NCBI GenBank assembly: GCA_963845245.1 | Contig: CAWJRJ010000017.1 | Location: 1-64,000, forward strand | Length of the DNA: 64,000 nt | Reading direction: 5' to 3' | DNA from: Nitrospirota bacterium | Lineage (GTDB): Bacteria > Nitrospirota > JACRHJ01 | Part shown: one piece after another, positions 7,726-17,599 of the stretch | Position numbering within the stretch: the stretch's first letter is position 1 | Layout of the letters: the number at the start of each line of letters is the position of its first letter | The notes under the pieces: generated by a model | The model's database searches: none | What the model saw: the letters and a program-made list of their open reading frames with translations, nothing else | What the model was told of the DNA's origin: nothing | Position numbers and translations under genes: made by a program

Positions 7726-8555
7726 TAACCACAACGGCCTTAAACTACTCTTACCCCGATGGCACTAAGGCACTCGACGATGTTAATTTCCGAGTCGGGA
7801 AAGGCGAGTTCATTGGCCTCCTCGCTTCAAACGGTTCCGGCAAAACAACACTGCTTAAAATACTCTCAGGCATGATAAAGCCTGAAAAGGGTGTTGTGGA
7901 AGTGAACGGCGGGCCTCTCTCGAAGATAGGTCAAAAAGATCTGTTCCGCATGATGGGTATGGTATTCCAGAACCCGGCAGACCAGCTGTTCTCGGCAACC
8001 GTCGCGGACGACGTAGCGTTTGGGCCGACAAATATGGGGCTTTCTTCCTTCGAGATAGAGGAGCGGGTTTCAGAGGCGCTCGATGCGGTAGGGATACGCG
8101 AGCTTGCCTCGAAGCCTGTGCAGAGGCTGAGTTTCGGACAGCAGAAGCGCGCCTGCATCGCGGGGCTGCTTGCGATGGGGCAGGATATAATGCTGCTCGA
8201 TGAGCCCACGGCGGGGCTCGACCCGATGGGCGAGTACCGGATAATGGAGCTTCTGATGAAGCTGAACCGCGAGAAGGACATCACGATGGTGATGTCCACG
8301 CACAACGTGGACATGGTCCCGCTGTTCATCGACAGGCTCTATATACTCAGCAAGGGCCGGGTCGCCCGCGAGGGGACGCCCGCAGAGGTGTTCAACGCCT
8401 CGTCAGACCTATCCGGTGTGAAACTCAGGCTCCCGCAGATTGCGGAACTTATCGAGCAGATGAAGGAGAAGGACTCTGTGCATTTTGAGAGGCTCCCGCT
8501 CACCATAGGCGAGGCAAGACGCGCGCTTGTCAAGAAGATGCCTGGCAAATGCTGA
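7716..8555 (+). CDS. cbiO: ECF ATPase CbiO
   Basis: SNGSGKTT, FQNPADQLF, LSFGQQKR, LLDEPTAGLDP. Confidence 0.92.
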   Translation: MDVITTTALNYSYPDGTKALDDVNFRVGKGEFIGLLASNGSGKTTLLKILSGMIKPEKGVVEVNGGPLSKIGQKDLFRMMGMVFQNPADQLFSATVADDVAFGPTNMGLSSFEIEERVSEALDAVGIRELASKPVQRLSFGQQKRACIAGLLAMGQDIMLLDEPTAGLDPMGEYRIMELLMKLNREKDITMVMSTHNVDMVPLFIDRLYILSKGRVAREGTPAEVFNASSDLSGVKLRLPQIAELIEQMKEKDSVHFERLPLTIGEARRALVKKMPGKC

Positions 8556-8872
8556 TCCGTCTGTCTCGACTGATGCGTCCACTTCTAATTTAAAAGAGTT
8601 ATTCCGTATCTGAAAAACAAAAGGACCAATATAAGCATTAGGTTTTAGTGCTTACCCCGTGGCTGGGGCCTCTTTCTTCCCGCCCACCAATCTGGCCATG
8701 ATGATGCAGATTTCATGCAGGGGACGAACAGGCCACACATTCCTGTCGACTCTGTTTCTAAAGCCATTTTTTTGTTATGAAATTAGGGCATAGCTGGTAA
8801 ACGCGATTTGTTATGATATACTGTAAAAAAATGATGATACTTTTTCAACCAAACCAATATAAACGGTGAACC

Positions 8873-9298
8873 ATGTACAAAAAGATCGTGCCTGCAATAC
8901 TTGTTATTCTGATGTTTGCATCAGTCGCGCTTGCTGAAGATCACTGCGGCAACTGCGGTATGAATGTAAACGCAGGCTCCAAAAGCACCATCACGCTGAA
9001 GATGAATGACGGGACCGCAAAACAGCTATGCAGCTTGTACTGTTACTCCAGGCTGAAGGAGCGTGATGGCGGGGCTATTAAAGACGTTACGGTAAAGGAC
9101 TACGTGACAGGCGAGGAGCTTTCGGTGGAATCGGCAGTATGGGCTGATGGCAGCGATGCTCCGGAACCTATGGGCGACAAATCCCACGTCGCGTTCAAGG
9201 ACCATAGTGCAGCCGTGGTCTTCGTCAGGAAACACGGTGGGAAGGTAGCCTCGTTTAATGAAGCATACAAAGACACGCTCAGTGAGTGGAAACACTGA
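8873..9298 (+). CDS. NosL-family secreted metal (Cu)-binding protein
   Basis: Signal peptide; CGNCGM, CSLYC, VKDY, PMG, F..KHGGK. Confidence 0.75.
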   Translation: MYKKIVPAILVILMFASVALAEDHCGNCGMNVNAGSKSTITLKMNDGTAKQLCSLYCYSRLKERDGGAIKDVTVKDYVTGEELSVESAVWADGSDAPEPMGDKSHVAFKDHSAAVVFVRKHGGKVASFNEAYKDTLSEWKH

Positions 9299-9398
9299 GT
9301 GGCGGCTTTCAGCCGGACTTGACGAAACATATCATCCTTGTTAACATCTGTAGTTGAACGACGGAAGTGCTCGTCATAATCCTAAATGGAGGTAATGT

Positions 9399-9788
9399 AT
9401 GAAGAAGATGTTGCTTTTGATCGTCGCACTTACAGTAACGGTAATCGTTGGGATGTCCTTGACCGCCATGGCGGCTGAGGGCAAAAAGGCCGCCAAGTCT
9501 ACTACTATGGAAGGTTACATTATTGATACAAAATGCGCAGAGGCTAATAAGGCCAAACTGGGAGAGTTTGTCAAGACTCACACCAAGGAATGCGCTACGG
9601 CTCCGGACTGCAAGAAGACCGGATACAACATCTACTCCGATGGGAAGCTCTACAAGTTTGACAAGGCCTCCAATAAGAAGATTTCAGAGTTTCTTGACAA
9701 GGCAGACAGCACCCTTCAAGTCAAGGTCGAGGTAGAGCACAAAAAGGGAGACGTTTTGAAGCTGGTCACGATAGAAAATGCGAAGTAA
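9399..9788 (+). CDS. Secreted Cys/His-motif protein of unknown function
   Basis: GGAGG RBS; signal peptide; GYIIDTKCA...HTKECATAPDCKKTGY. Confidence 0.75.
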   Translation: MKKMLLLIVALTVTVIVGMSLTAMAAEGKKAAKSTTMEGYIIDTKCAEANKAKLGEFVKTHTKECATAPDCKKTGYNIYSDGKLYKFDKASNKKISEFLDKADSTLQVKVEVEHKKGDVLKLVTIENAK

Positions 9789-9832
9789 GTAAACGTGTGG
9801 TCTTGCTCAAAACTTGGCTTCTGATAAAATCC

Positions 9833-9870
9833 ATAATAATACCCCGCCTTTTAAGGCGGGGTATTATTAT
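9833..9870. terminator. Perfect 18-bp inverted repeat (terminator or stabilising hairpin)
   Basis: ATAATAATACCCCGCCTT-TT-AAGGCGGGGTATTATTAT. Confidence 0.65.
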
Positions 9871-9916
9871 CTTATGGGAACGAAACGACTCTATTGACTT
9901 TTTTACAGGAGTAAAC

Positions 9917-10402
9917 GTGAGTCCATTAAAACGTCTTTGCATGGTCATATTGTTGGCTACATTCTTGCCGGTGTTCTGTCAGTCCTTTGCGGCGGATATG
10001 CCAGGTATTGCACCTTCTGCCAAGGACAAGTGCGCGGTATGCGGGATGTTCGTCGGCAAGTTCCCGGCCTGGAGCGCGAGGGTAGGCTTCAAGGACTCCA
10101 CTTACGCCTGGTTTGACGGACCCAAAGACCTCTTTACATATTTATTCAACCTAAAAAAATACAACCCCAGCCATAAACTATCTACGGTTACGGCAATCAC
10201 GGTCAAAGACTATTATACCCTCAATGCCATCGACGCCCGGAAGGCGTTCTACGTTATAGGAAGCGACGTATACGGCCCCATGGGTCAGGAACTCGTCCCG
10301 TTCGAGAAGATTTCCGACGCACAGGGTTTTTTAAATGACCACAAGGGAAAGAAAATATTACGATACGGCGAGATCACCCCTGCAGTCATTGATTCTCTTT
10401 AA
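9917..10402 (+). CDS. NosL-family protein
   Basis: GTG start after AGGAG; CAVCGMFV, FDGPKD, VKDYY, GSDVYGPMGQELVPF, DHKGK. Confidence 0.85.
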   Translation: MSPLKRLCMVILLATFLPVFCQSFAADMPGIAPSAKDKCAVCGMFVGKFPAWSARVGFKDSTYAWFDGPKDLFTYLFNLKKYNPSHKLSTVTAITVKDYYTLNAIDARKAFYVIGSDVYGPMGQELVPFEKISDAQGFLNDHKGKKILRYGEITPAVIDSL

Positions 10403-10594
10403 TAGCTTTGGATGAAAAGTACCACGCATGCGCAAATCCACGGTATTTGATATTTTTACGGTATTTAACATCGCGCCGCTCGTCCTTACCGCGCCATAGC
10501 CAGGAGGGAGCGCGTGATGAGCGCCTGTACCGAGCAGGGTTTGTGTAGGAGCTACGGCAAAGGCGAAGACCACAGTAGTGACCGTAGGTTTTTA

Positions 10595-11386
10595 CTACTC
10601 ATTTCCAGCAGGAACTTCCTTCTTTTTACCCACCAGCCTGGCCATTATAATTCCGATTTCGTACAGTACGAGTATCGGTGCGGCCATAAGGGTCTGGTTG
10701 AACATATCCGGCGTGGGGGTGAGGATGGCCGCTACTATGAAGGCGATCAGCACCGCATACTTGCGGTTGCGGGCCAGGAACTGCGGAGTCACCAGGCCAA
10801 GTTTCGAGAGGAGCGTTATGACTAAGGGGAGCTCAAAGACAAGGCCGAACGAGAGCAGGAACTTGGAGCAGAAGTCCACGTAGTGTCCCACTGATATCAT
10901 CGGTGTGAGCTGCGACGTCTGGTATGTCAACAGAAACTGCATGGCAAAGGGGAGTATGACGTACTGGCAGAACATCGCACCGAGCACAAACATGACGGTA
11001 CCGGAAATGATGAAGGGAAGGGCGTACCTCCGCTCGCTTGGCTTCAGCCCCGGCGATATGAAAAGCCAGACCTGCATAAGAAGAAAAGGCAGAGCCATGA
11101 AGATTCCAGCAATAAAGCCTAACTTCATGTACATCCAGAATGCCTCGGCTGGGGCAAGGAATATCAGCTTAATCGGGTCCTTGACGTATGTCATATAGAC
11201 GTAGGGCGATGTCAGCTTGAAGTTGAGCGTCTGCTTGAGCGGAATCTGAAGCCACTTGAGCAGGTACTCGGAGTACTGGAAGCAGAAAAGGAACGCGACG
11301 AACAGGGCGGCGGCCGACCACAGCAGGCGCTTTCTGAGTTCCTCAAGGTGCGCCAGGATTGGCATCCGGCTTACTTTATCCCACAT
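10595..11386 (-). CDS. tatC: Twin-arginine translocase TatC
   Basis: HLEELRKRL, FISPGL, FGLVFELP, AAILTPTPD, LYEIGI. Confidence 0.95.
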   Translation of the reverse strand: MWDKVSRMPILAHLEELRKRLLWSAAALFVAFLFCFQYSEYLLKWLQIPLKQTLNFKLTSPYVYMTYVKDPIKLIFLAPAEAFWMYMKLGFIAGIFMALPFLLMQVWLFISPGLKPSERRYALPFIISGTVMFVLGAMFCQYVILPFAMQFLLTYQTSQLTPMISVGHYVDFCSKFLLSFGLVFELPLVITLLSKLGLVTPQFLARNRKYAVLIAFIVAAILTPTPDMFNQTLMAAPILVLYEIGIIMARLVGKKKEVPAGNE

Positions 11387-11687
11387 GAACAGTCCTCGGT
11401 TCTTCGCTGGCTGCGGCTGACGCTTCTACAGGCTCTTGTTTCACGTCCAAGGAGGAGGCAGTAGAAATGGCGGTCTGTATATCTTTATGCTGCGCAAGAA
11501 GTTCTTCCTTGATCCCGGCGGTCCCGGCCTCGCTTTCCAGTTTTTCCTTGAACTCGTTCGTGGCTTGTTTGAAATCGTGCATCGCCTTGCCAAGCGATTT
11601 CCCTATCTCTGGCAGCTTTTTGGGCCCAAACACTATTAGGGCTATAACAAATATCAGTATCAGTTCGGACATACCTACGTCAAACAC
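11376..11687 (-). CDS. tatB: TatB/TatA-family subunit
   Basis: GTG start after GGAGG; FDVGMSELILIFVIALIVFGPKKLPE. Confidence 0.8.
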   Translation of the reverse strand: MFDVGMSELILIFVIALIVFGPKKLPEIGKSLGKAMHDFKQATNEFKEKLESEAGTAGIKEELLAQHKDIQTAISTASSLDVKQEPVEASAAASEEPRTVHVG

Positions 11688-11720
11688 AGTTGTACCTCCA
11701 TCAGTGCATCGCAATTTGAA

Positions 11721-11879
11721 CTAAACATCGTTCTCTTTTCCGCTCGCGGACTTTTTGAAGTTGGTTATAGCCTTTCCCAGCCCTTCACCGATCTGCGGCA
11801 GTTTCCCCGCGCCAAAGACTACTATAACTATCAGCAGTATCAACGCTAGTTCACCAAAACCGAGTCTGCCACCAAACAT
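11721..11879 (-). CDS. tatA: TatA/TatE subunit
   Basis: ATG after [39 protein letters not shown]. Confidence 0.9.
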   Translation of the reverse strand: MFGGRLGFGELALILLIVIVVFGAGKLPQIGEGLGKAITNFKKSASGKENDV

Positions 11880-11915
11880 GTTATACCTCCAATAATTTCT
11901 TATGATTTTAAAATA

Positions 11916-11946
11916 TATTGGGGGCGGCTTCCCGCCGCCCCCAATA
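11916..11946. terminator. 13-bp stem-loop between the cytochrome gene and tatA
   Basis: TATTGGGGGCGGC-TTCCC-GCCGCCCCCAATA. Confidence 0.55.
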
Positions 11947-11968
11947 AACAATGCGCAGGTAGCTGAAA

Positions 11969-12781
11969 TTAGTCGGTGCTTTTGATCGGGTCAAGCGAAG
12001 GATAGTTTTTCGCCCCCGGAACGTCATGGCCGTGGCATTCCGTGCAGTTGTTCTGTGATGTTATGCCGTTGGCAAGCAAATTGTACAACGGCTTGTGTTT
12101 CGGCACATATTTCCCGTCGGCCCAGTCGTTAAGCATCTTCACGGTCTCCGTGGTGATGTTAGCGGCGACTCTGGCGCACCTCTCTGCCCTTTCATCCGAC
12201 AGGAACTCCTTACCCGTAGCCCTCATCCATTTGCCTATGGATATGTGGCAGATCGGGGTGCCAGATATGGTCATGTCGCTCAGTTCGGCCTTGAGCACTT
12301 TTTTGGGCTTAAATGACGGAAGTTCGTTGTATGAGTAGTAGAACGCGAGGTCGTTGGTCATCGCCTCTGCCGTGTCGGTTTCCTTGGTCACCAGGCCGAT
12401 GACTACTCCAGCGCCCGGCATCGTGCCGCACAAGGCGCCCCAGCCCGCCATGCCGCCGTGCGCCCAACGATATGCGTCTATCGGGAAGTCCTTCCAGTCT
12501 TCACCGACTTCTTTGTCCTTCTTCAGTGACTCTACCAGTCCGGCAATTACGGACGAGGTGCACCACCTCTGAAAGTAGTTCTCATATGTTATCTGAGCAG
12601 CGGCAGCAGGGTCAAGCTTCCTGTACCTGTACTTCGAAGAAAATGCATAGGCCTCGGCCTTCTTCACACCGCCGAACGTGCCGAGTGATGCTATTGCGGC
12701 GCCAGCCGCAGCCATACCGCCGCCTATGATGATATCTCTTCTTGAAAGCCCGTTTTCCTTCTCGTTTTCTATCTCGTTCAT
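11969..12781 (-). CDS. Tat-exported split-Soret cytochrome c-like protein (C_GCAxxG_C_C family)
   Basis: SRRDII Tat motif; [29 protein letters not shown]-terminal CTECH heme motif. Confidence 0.8.
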   Translation of the reverse strand: MNEIENEKENGLSRRDIIIGGGMAAAGAAIASLGTFGGVKKAEAYAFSSKYRYRKLDPAAAAQITYENYFQRWCTSSVIAGLVESLKKDKEVGEDWKDFPIDAYRWAHGGMAGWGALCGTMPGAGVVIGLVTKETDTAEAMTNDLAFYYSYNELPSFKPKKVLKAELSDMTISGTPICHISIGKWMRATGKEFLSDERAERCARVAANITTETVKMLNDWADGKYVPKHKPLYNLLANGITSQNNCTECHGHDVPGAKNYPSLDPIKSTD

Positions 12782-12942
12782 AAATAATGCCTCCCCTAAA
12801 ATTATATGGTGTTAACCTGCCTGAAAACGCACACAACTACCCCACCGTTCAGAGATATGATCCTCTGGCCGTGCGTAAAAACAACTGCTGTGCAAAGGTG
12901 CGGGTGTTAGACTGACGCGGTATCGGGGCAAAGCCCCGATGT

Positions 12943-13254
12943 TCAGGCTTCGGGGGGCTCTTCTATTTCTCCGGAGTTGACCGAAGCGACGGCCTCATCC
13001 GGGGTGGGAGAGAAAATGGTCCCAAGAGTAAAAAATACGGGTGTCTGGACGGCAATGAATGCTGTAAGGTCGAAATGCTGTATGGTGTTCGATGGGGCGT
13101 TATGTCCGCATACATCAAAAGTGATGACCGAAGGGGTACTGTCGTGGCTTATAATGGGGAGAGTTCCGGTCGCAACTACGCCGTTCAACACGACCGCATG
13201 CATGAAGAAAACTATAAATAAGAGGCTCGTCAGTCTTCTGTGGATAGTTCCCAA
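12943..13254 (-). CDS. Candidate leader peptide, paralog 2
   Basis: 103 aa; hydrophobic N-terminus, FDVCGH, PTPDEAVASVNSGEIEEPPEA; GGAG RBS before the TTG start. Confidence 0.6.
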   Translation of the reverse strand: MGTIHRRLTSLLFIVFFMHAVVLNGVVATGTLPIISHDSTPSVITFDVCGHNAPSNTIQHFDLTAFIAVQTPVFFTLGTIFSPTPDEAVASVNSGEIEEPPEA

Positions 13255-13346
13255 TACACAACTCCACGCTTTGCATTCGGAGGCGGAGCAGCTGTCAAGA
13301 ATTACGGGGCGTCTATAACAACCAACGACCGACGGCTACTATGTTG

Positions 13347-13386
13347 AGCTATTTAGTAAAATAGCTGATAGTCAAGACGTTGTCAA
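13347..13386 (-). promoter_or_regulatory. sigma70 promoter with overlapping palindromic operator
   Basis: TTGACA (13386-13381)-N17-TATTTT (13363-13358); AGCTATTT-N4-AAATAGCT palindrome at 13347-13366. Confidence 0.45.
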
Positions 13387-13488
13387 GAATAATTGGTCTA
13401 TTAAATACCAATTTTTGTAGACTCTAATTGCAGTTAGCAGCTGATTGACTAACTACCGTTTTTAGCGCTTAAACGAAGGCGGGAATTG

Positions 13489-13634
13489 TCTGCCATTATG
13501 ATGCAGATTTCATGCAGAGGACGAATAGGCCGGACCGAGCACAAAAAGGGAGACGTCTTGAAGCTGGTCACAATCGAAAACGTGAAGTAATTAAATATCC
13601 GGCCTTGCTTGAAACTTAGCCTCTGAAAAAGTCC
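13489..13634. repeat. Composite relic duplicating 8691-8734 and 9735-9832
   Basis: ATGATGCAGATTTCATGCAG..GACGAA.AGGCC and GAGCACAAAAAGGGAGACGT.TTGAAGCTGGTCAC are both re-found here, side by side. Confidence 0.85.
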
Positions 13635-13900
13635 CGTTCTTTTAGTTCTTTACCTGTCTTAAAGAACGGCACTGACTTCGCAGGGACCGTAACAGGTTCT
13701 CCTGTCTTGGGGTTTCTGCCGTTGCGTTCTTTTCTGGAGCGCAATTTGAAACTGCCGAACCCACGCACTTCAACTTTATCGTTGGAAGCAAGGGCATTTA
13801 TAATGCTGCCAAAAATGACGTTGACGATAACCTCGGCCCGTTTCTTGGTAATGTCCGGCACTTTCTCTGAAAGTTTATTTACAAGTTCTGCCTTTGTCAT
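13616..13900 (-). CDS. Integration host factor beta / HU-family DNA-bending protein
   Basis: MTKAELV...VEVRGFGSF...GRNPKTGE...PFFKTGKELKER. Confidence 0.9.
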   Translation of the reverse strand: MTKAELVNKLSEKVPDITKKRAEVIVNVIFGSIINALASNDKVEVRGFGSFKLRSRKERNGRNPKTGEPVTVPAKSVPFFKTGKELKERDFFRG

Positions 13901-16900
13901 CGTGGTGCTCCCTTCATCGCCTGCGTGATGCGCACCGTTTCCACGCTTACCGTGGTCACACGGGCCAGCAGGTCTATCACCTTTTCCTTGTAGTCGGCAA
14001 AGCGGTAGGTGTCGAATTTCTCGCGGATGGTCGGGTCTTTGGGCTTCTTTTCTTTGTACTGGTCGAGCACCCATTCGAGCGCGCAGCGGTTGCCCAGCTT
14101 GTAGTCCCAGGCTTCGGGCGGGATGCCGCGCAGCGTGGTCTCGGTGTCCAGCGTGATGCTGCCAGCGTCCTTGTCGGCGCGCAGCAGGGCTTTGGGTTGC
14201 AAGCCTGCGGCGCGGGCTTTTTCGTCGGGGATGTCGGTGCGCAGGAGCTTGAAAGGTTCGACCGATTCGTAGCCGATGTGCAGTTTCATCAACGCCTCGC
14301 CCCATGCGGCCCATTGCCAGAAGTCTTTGTAGAACGGGATGCGCGGGAACTCGCGTTTCAGGTTCAGCGCGTATTTCTCGCGGTACAGCGGGTCGTGCAG
14401 CACGGCGTAGCAGTAGTGGAAGATGGCTTCCTTGGTTATCTTCCGCGCCTTGCCCGCTGCCTGTCGAAGCCTCTTTGTACTGCTGCCGGAATTGCTTGAG
14501 CGCCCCAGTCGGTGATGTTGTCGGCGCGATGCCTTCGATCGGTATCGATAAAACGAGGAACGCACATTGCCGCATCTGCCCGTACGTAATGCAAATCAGG
14601 ACATAGTATCCGTAGCAATGAAGCATAAATGGTTTATGACGTGCCAGTCGTCATAATGCATACAAGGTACGCGATGCTATACCAGTCTTGCCAAACATCT
14701 CGAGGCATTGCCGTTAGACAGTCTCGTTAACAATGCTGATCGAAGTAAAACCATTGTTTCAAGAAAGGCGTAGTATATGCTGTGACACAATTGTTCGAAG
14801 TCAAATATGACTTGTGTGCCTGCAATACACGTCACTTTCGAGCTCTCTACTCCACTTAATGTATTACCAACTCGTATGTTGATGTTGTCCTGTGCTCAGA
14901 CATTGCATCGTAGCTCAGCATTGTAGTGTATCAATCAGCGCAATTGACTTTTGCTGCAACGAGTCTTACGGTCATAGTCATACACCCACTCATCGCGGTT
15001 GGTAACAACACCCAACGAAAATAACTTGAAAATCGCCCGCTCTTTCGCCGCCGTCTTCGCCGCCTTGGTTTCCTTGCTCGCCAGCGGCAGCAGCGAATCA
15101 AAATCGTTGCTGGTCAGGTTGACCCAGTTGTGCGTCTTGTCGGGCTGCACTTCGTCAAAGCTCAAACTGCGCGCCGTGTTGTTGGCAAGGAAACTGAGCT
15201 TTTCTTCCGCCGTTTCCATCTCGGGACGGCGCACGTAGTACATGCGGGCTTGTTCTTTGGCAGCCTTGCCGCTCACGCGCTTGACCATGAAGCTGATCGC
15301 CACGCCGGTCTGGATGCCGAACACGTTGTGCTTGGTGCCGCTCAGCTTGGGGTTGGCGCGCACGTCGCCGCCCAGGTCCACCACGTAGATGTCGCTGAAC
15401 TCCTGCGCCACGGTCTTGCGGAAACCGTCAAAGGTGCGGCTTTCGATGAAGCTGCGGTTGGTGACGAAGGCCAGCACGCCGTTTTCGTCCAGCCGGTCGC
15501 TGGCCCAGCGGAAGAAGCGCGCGTACATGTCGTAGAGCTTGGTTTTCTGCGCGGTGCTCTCGGCGATGTAGGTCTCCTTGATGCGCTTGTCGATGCTGCG
15601 GGTATTCGCGGTTCTTGTTGTTGTCGTTTTCGTTCGCCTGGTTGGCGTTGTACGGCGGGTTGCCGATGATGACGCTGATGCGCTTGCTGTTCTGCCGCTT
15701 GATGCGGCGACGTTCTCTTCGCTGACGCTGCCGAACATATCGGCCGTGGTGCCCTTGTGCGGCGGTGTGCAGGCCGACGTTGTCCAGCGTATCCACAAAG
15801 CACAGGTTGGGGAATTCCTCGTAGCTGCCGGTGATCGCGGCGTAGGTGGCCTCGATGTTCAGGTTGGCGACGTAGTAGGGCAGGATGGCGACTTCGTTGG
15901 CGTGCAGCTCGTTGCAGGTATTTGTGCTTGAGCTTCGCCGGCTGGCCGCGAAAGTGTTCCAGCAGTTCGCAGATGAAGGTGCCGGTGCCGGTGGCCGGGT
16001 CGAGGATTTCCACGTCCTTGTCGATCAGGTTCTTGCCGAAGTGCTTTTCGCAGAGCCAGTCGGCGCCGTCGATCATGAAGCGCACGATTTCGTTGGGCGT
16101 GTAGACCACGCCCAGCCGGTCGGCGGCCTTGGCGTTGTAGACCTTGTAGAAGTTTTCGTAGATGACCTTGAGGAAGGTCTGCTTCTCGTGGTGGCTGCCG
16201 ATCTGCGCGGCGGCGGCGCGGATGGCGGCGTAGTAGGTTTCCAGGCCTTTGAGCGTCTGCTTCTTCAGGCTGCCGGTGAAGAACTCGGCTTCCAGCGCGT
16301 ACAGTTCGCGCGCCACGTTGTTGTGCTGGTGGAAGTCGCTGTCGTCGAACACCTTGGCGAAGATTTCCTCGGTCAGGATGTGCTGGATCAGCATCTCGCG
16401 CACGTCGGCTTCGGTGAGGCTGGGGTTGATGGCTTCTTGCGCGTGTGTCAGGAATTTCTGCTCGGCCTTGCGGAAGCTGGCGTTGGACGTATGCTCGCGC
16501 TCGATCATCTCGCGCAGCGCTTCCAGCACGGCCGGCAGGTCGGTCTTGAACTGCTCCACCGCCGCGCGGAAATCGGCGATCTCGGGCCGCTCGAAGCCGA
16601 AGAACAGTTTGAGCAGCTTGGCCAGCGCCTGGGTGTCGGTCATGTCGCAGCGCAATACCTCGTTGCGGTTTTGCCACAGGACGGCGGTGACATCGTCGCG
16701 AAAGATGATGTTGTCTTGCGGGTAGCCCTTCTTGAACTTCTTGCTTATCTCTTCGTCGAGGTCGTCGCTTTCGTCCTTGGCTTCCCAGTAGCCGAGCGGC
16801 ATGCGCAGTTCGTGCAGCAGTGCGCCATCGACGGCGATGTTGGTCTTGGTGGCGGTTTTGAGCGGGTATTCGGCCAGGAACACCAAGCCTTGCTGCTTGC

Positions 16901-17018
16901 CCCAAGCCTTGAGTAAATCCTTGAAGGCTTCGCGCACGATGGTTTCGCGATTGCTGCCGCTGACCTTTTTGATTATGTCGAGTTGTTTTAGGTAGTCGTT
17001 GATGAGAAGCTGGCTCAT
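13897..17018 (-). pseudogene. Helicase-less Type ISP/IIG-like restriction-modification enzyme (N6-adenine MTase plus LlaBIII-like C-terminus), frameshifted
   Basis: GYWEAKD nuclease-like motif, GVVYTP, ILDPATGTGTF, IGNPPYN, YDMYARFFRWASDR, GVVTNRDEWVY, YREKYALNLKREFPRIP, spread over several frames. Confidence 0.8.
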
Positions 17019-17535
17019 GGATGTTTTTCCTGGTCGGTCAGTTCGTAAACTTTGAGCGATATCCTATATTATTATTACTCTTAGGTCAAGCCTCAAGCTA
17101 TTAAAATGGCCGGCGGCGAAGGTTCCGCATGTGTAATCGTTGCATGGGATTTTAGTTAGCGGGTAATTTCTTTACGCAGTCTATAAAATACTTCAGGGGT
17201 TATGGCGCGTTACCTTTTATATTTCAGGGTAACGCGCTTTCACTTTATATTTCATAAGCTTAGGAAGGCGTCAAAATTGGGCGTAAGACGAAAAATAAAC
17301 GTCAGAATACCAATACACACGGAGCTTTTAGGGGCGTTACGGGGCGTGTAGTACACCTCACAAGGGATTTTGCCTCGCCGTAGAACCCCATTTTCCGAGC
17401 CGGTAAATCGTTTTTCAATCTGGCATGTTTCCGCTCTGAATCAAGAAAGATGCCAGTAATCCAAAAAACCTTTTAGGGTTCGAGTTGAGGCGTGGACAAC
17501 GGTTGTCCAAAAGAAGGTGGAAAGAAACTTAGCAC

Positions 17536-17564
17536 TTGACAATCAAAGCAATAAATAATATAAA
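17536..17564 (+). promoter_or_regulatory. sigma70 promoter of the RHH-integrase operon
   Basis: TTGACA-N17-TATAAA. Confidence 0.6.
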
Positions 17565-17599
17565 GATAGTAACTGATATATAGATATGGGAGGGCGTAG

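Noticed and set aside
8693..8708. GG-N10-GC sigma54-like promoter
   Set aside because: Not kept in the duplicate at 13489 and better explained as a coding remnant.
10420..10594. Imperfect hairpins between the converging nosL-like gene and tatC
   Set aside because: No recognisable family or second copy; may be simple termination structure.
13616..14626. 336-aa ORF appearing to fuse an unknown domain to IHF
   Set aside because: The upstream part is an alternative frame of the R-M gene; IHF has its own ATG at 13900.
15859..16916. Long overlapping and antisense ORFs (also 46328..47821 and 38923..39936)
   Set aside because: Shadow ORFs caused by GC-rich codon bias of real genes.
17104..17125. 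ATGGCCGGCGGC as an att copy of the tRNA-Leu 3' end
   Set aside because: Short, gapped match; the TGGTGCCGG at 251 is equally compatible with chance.
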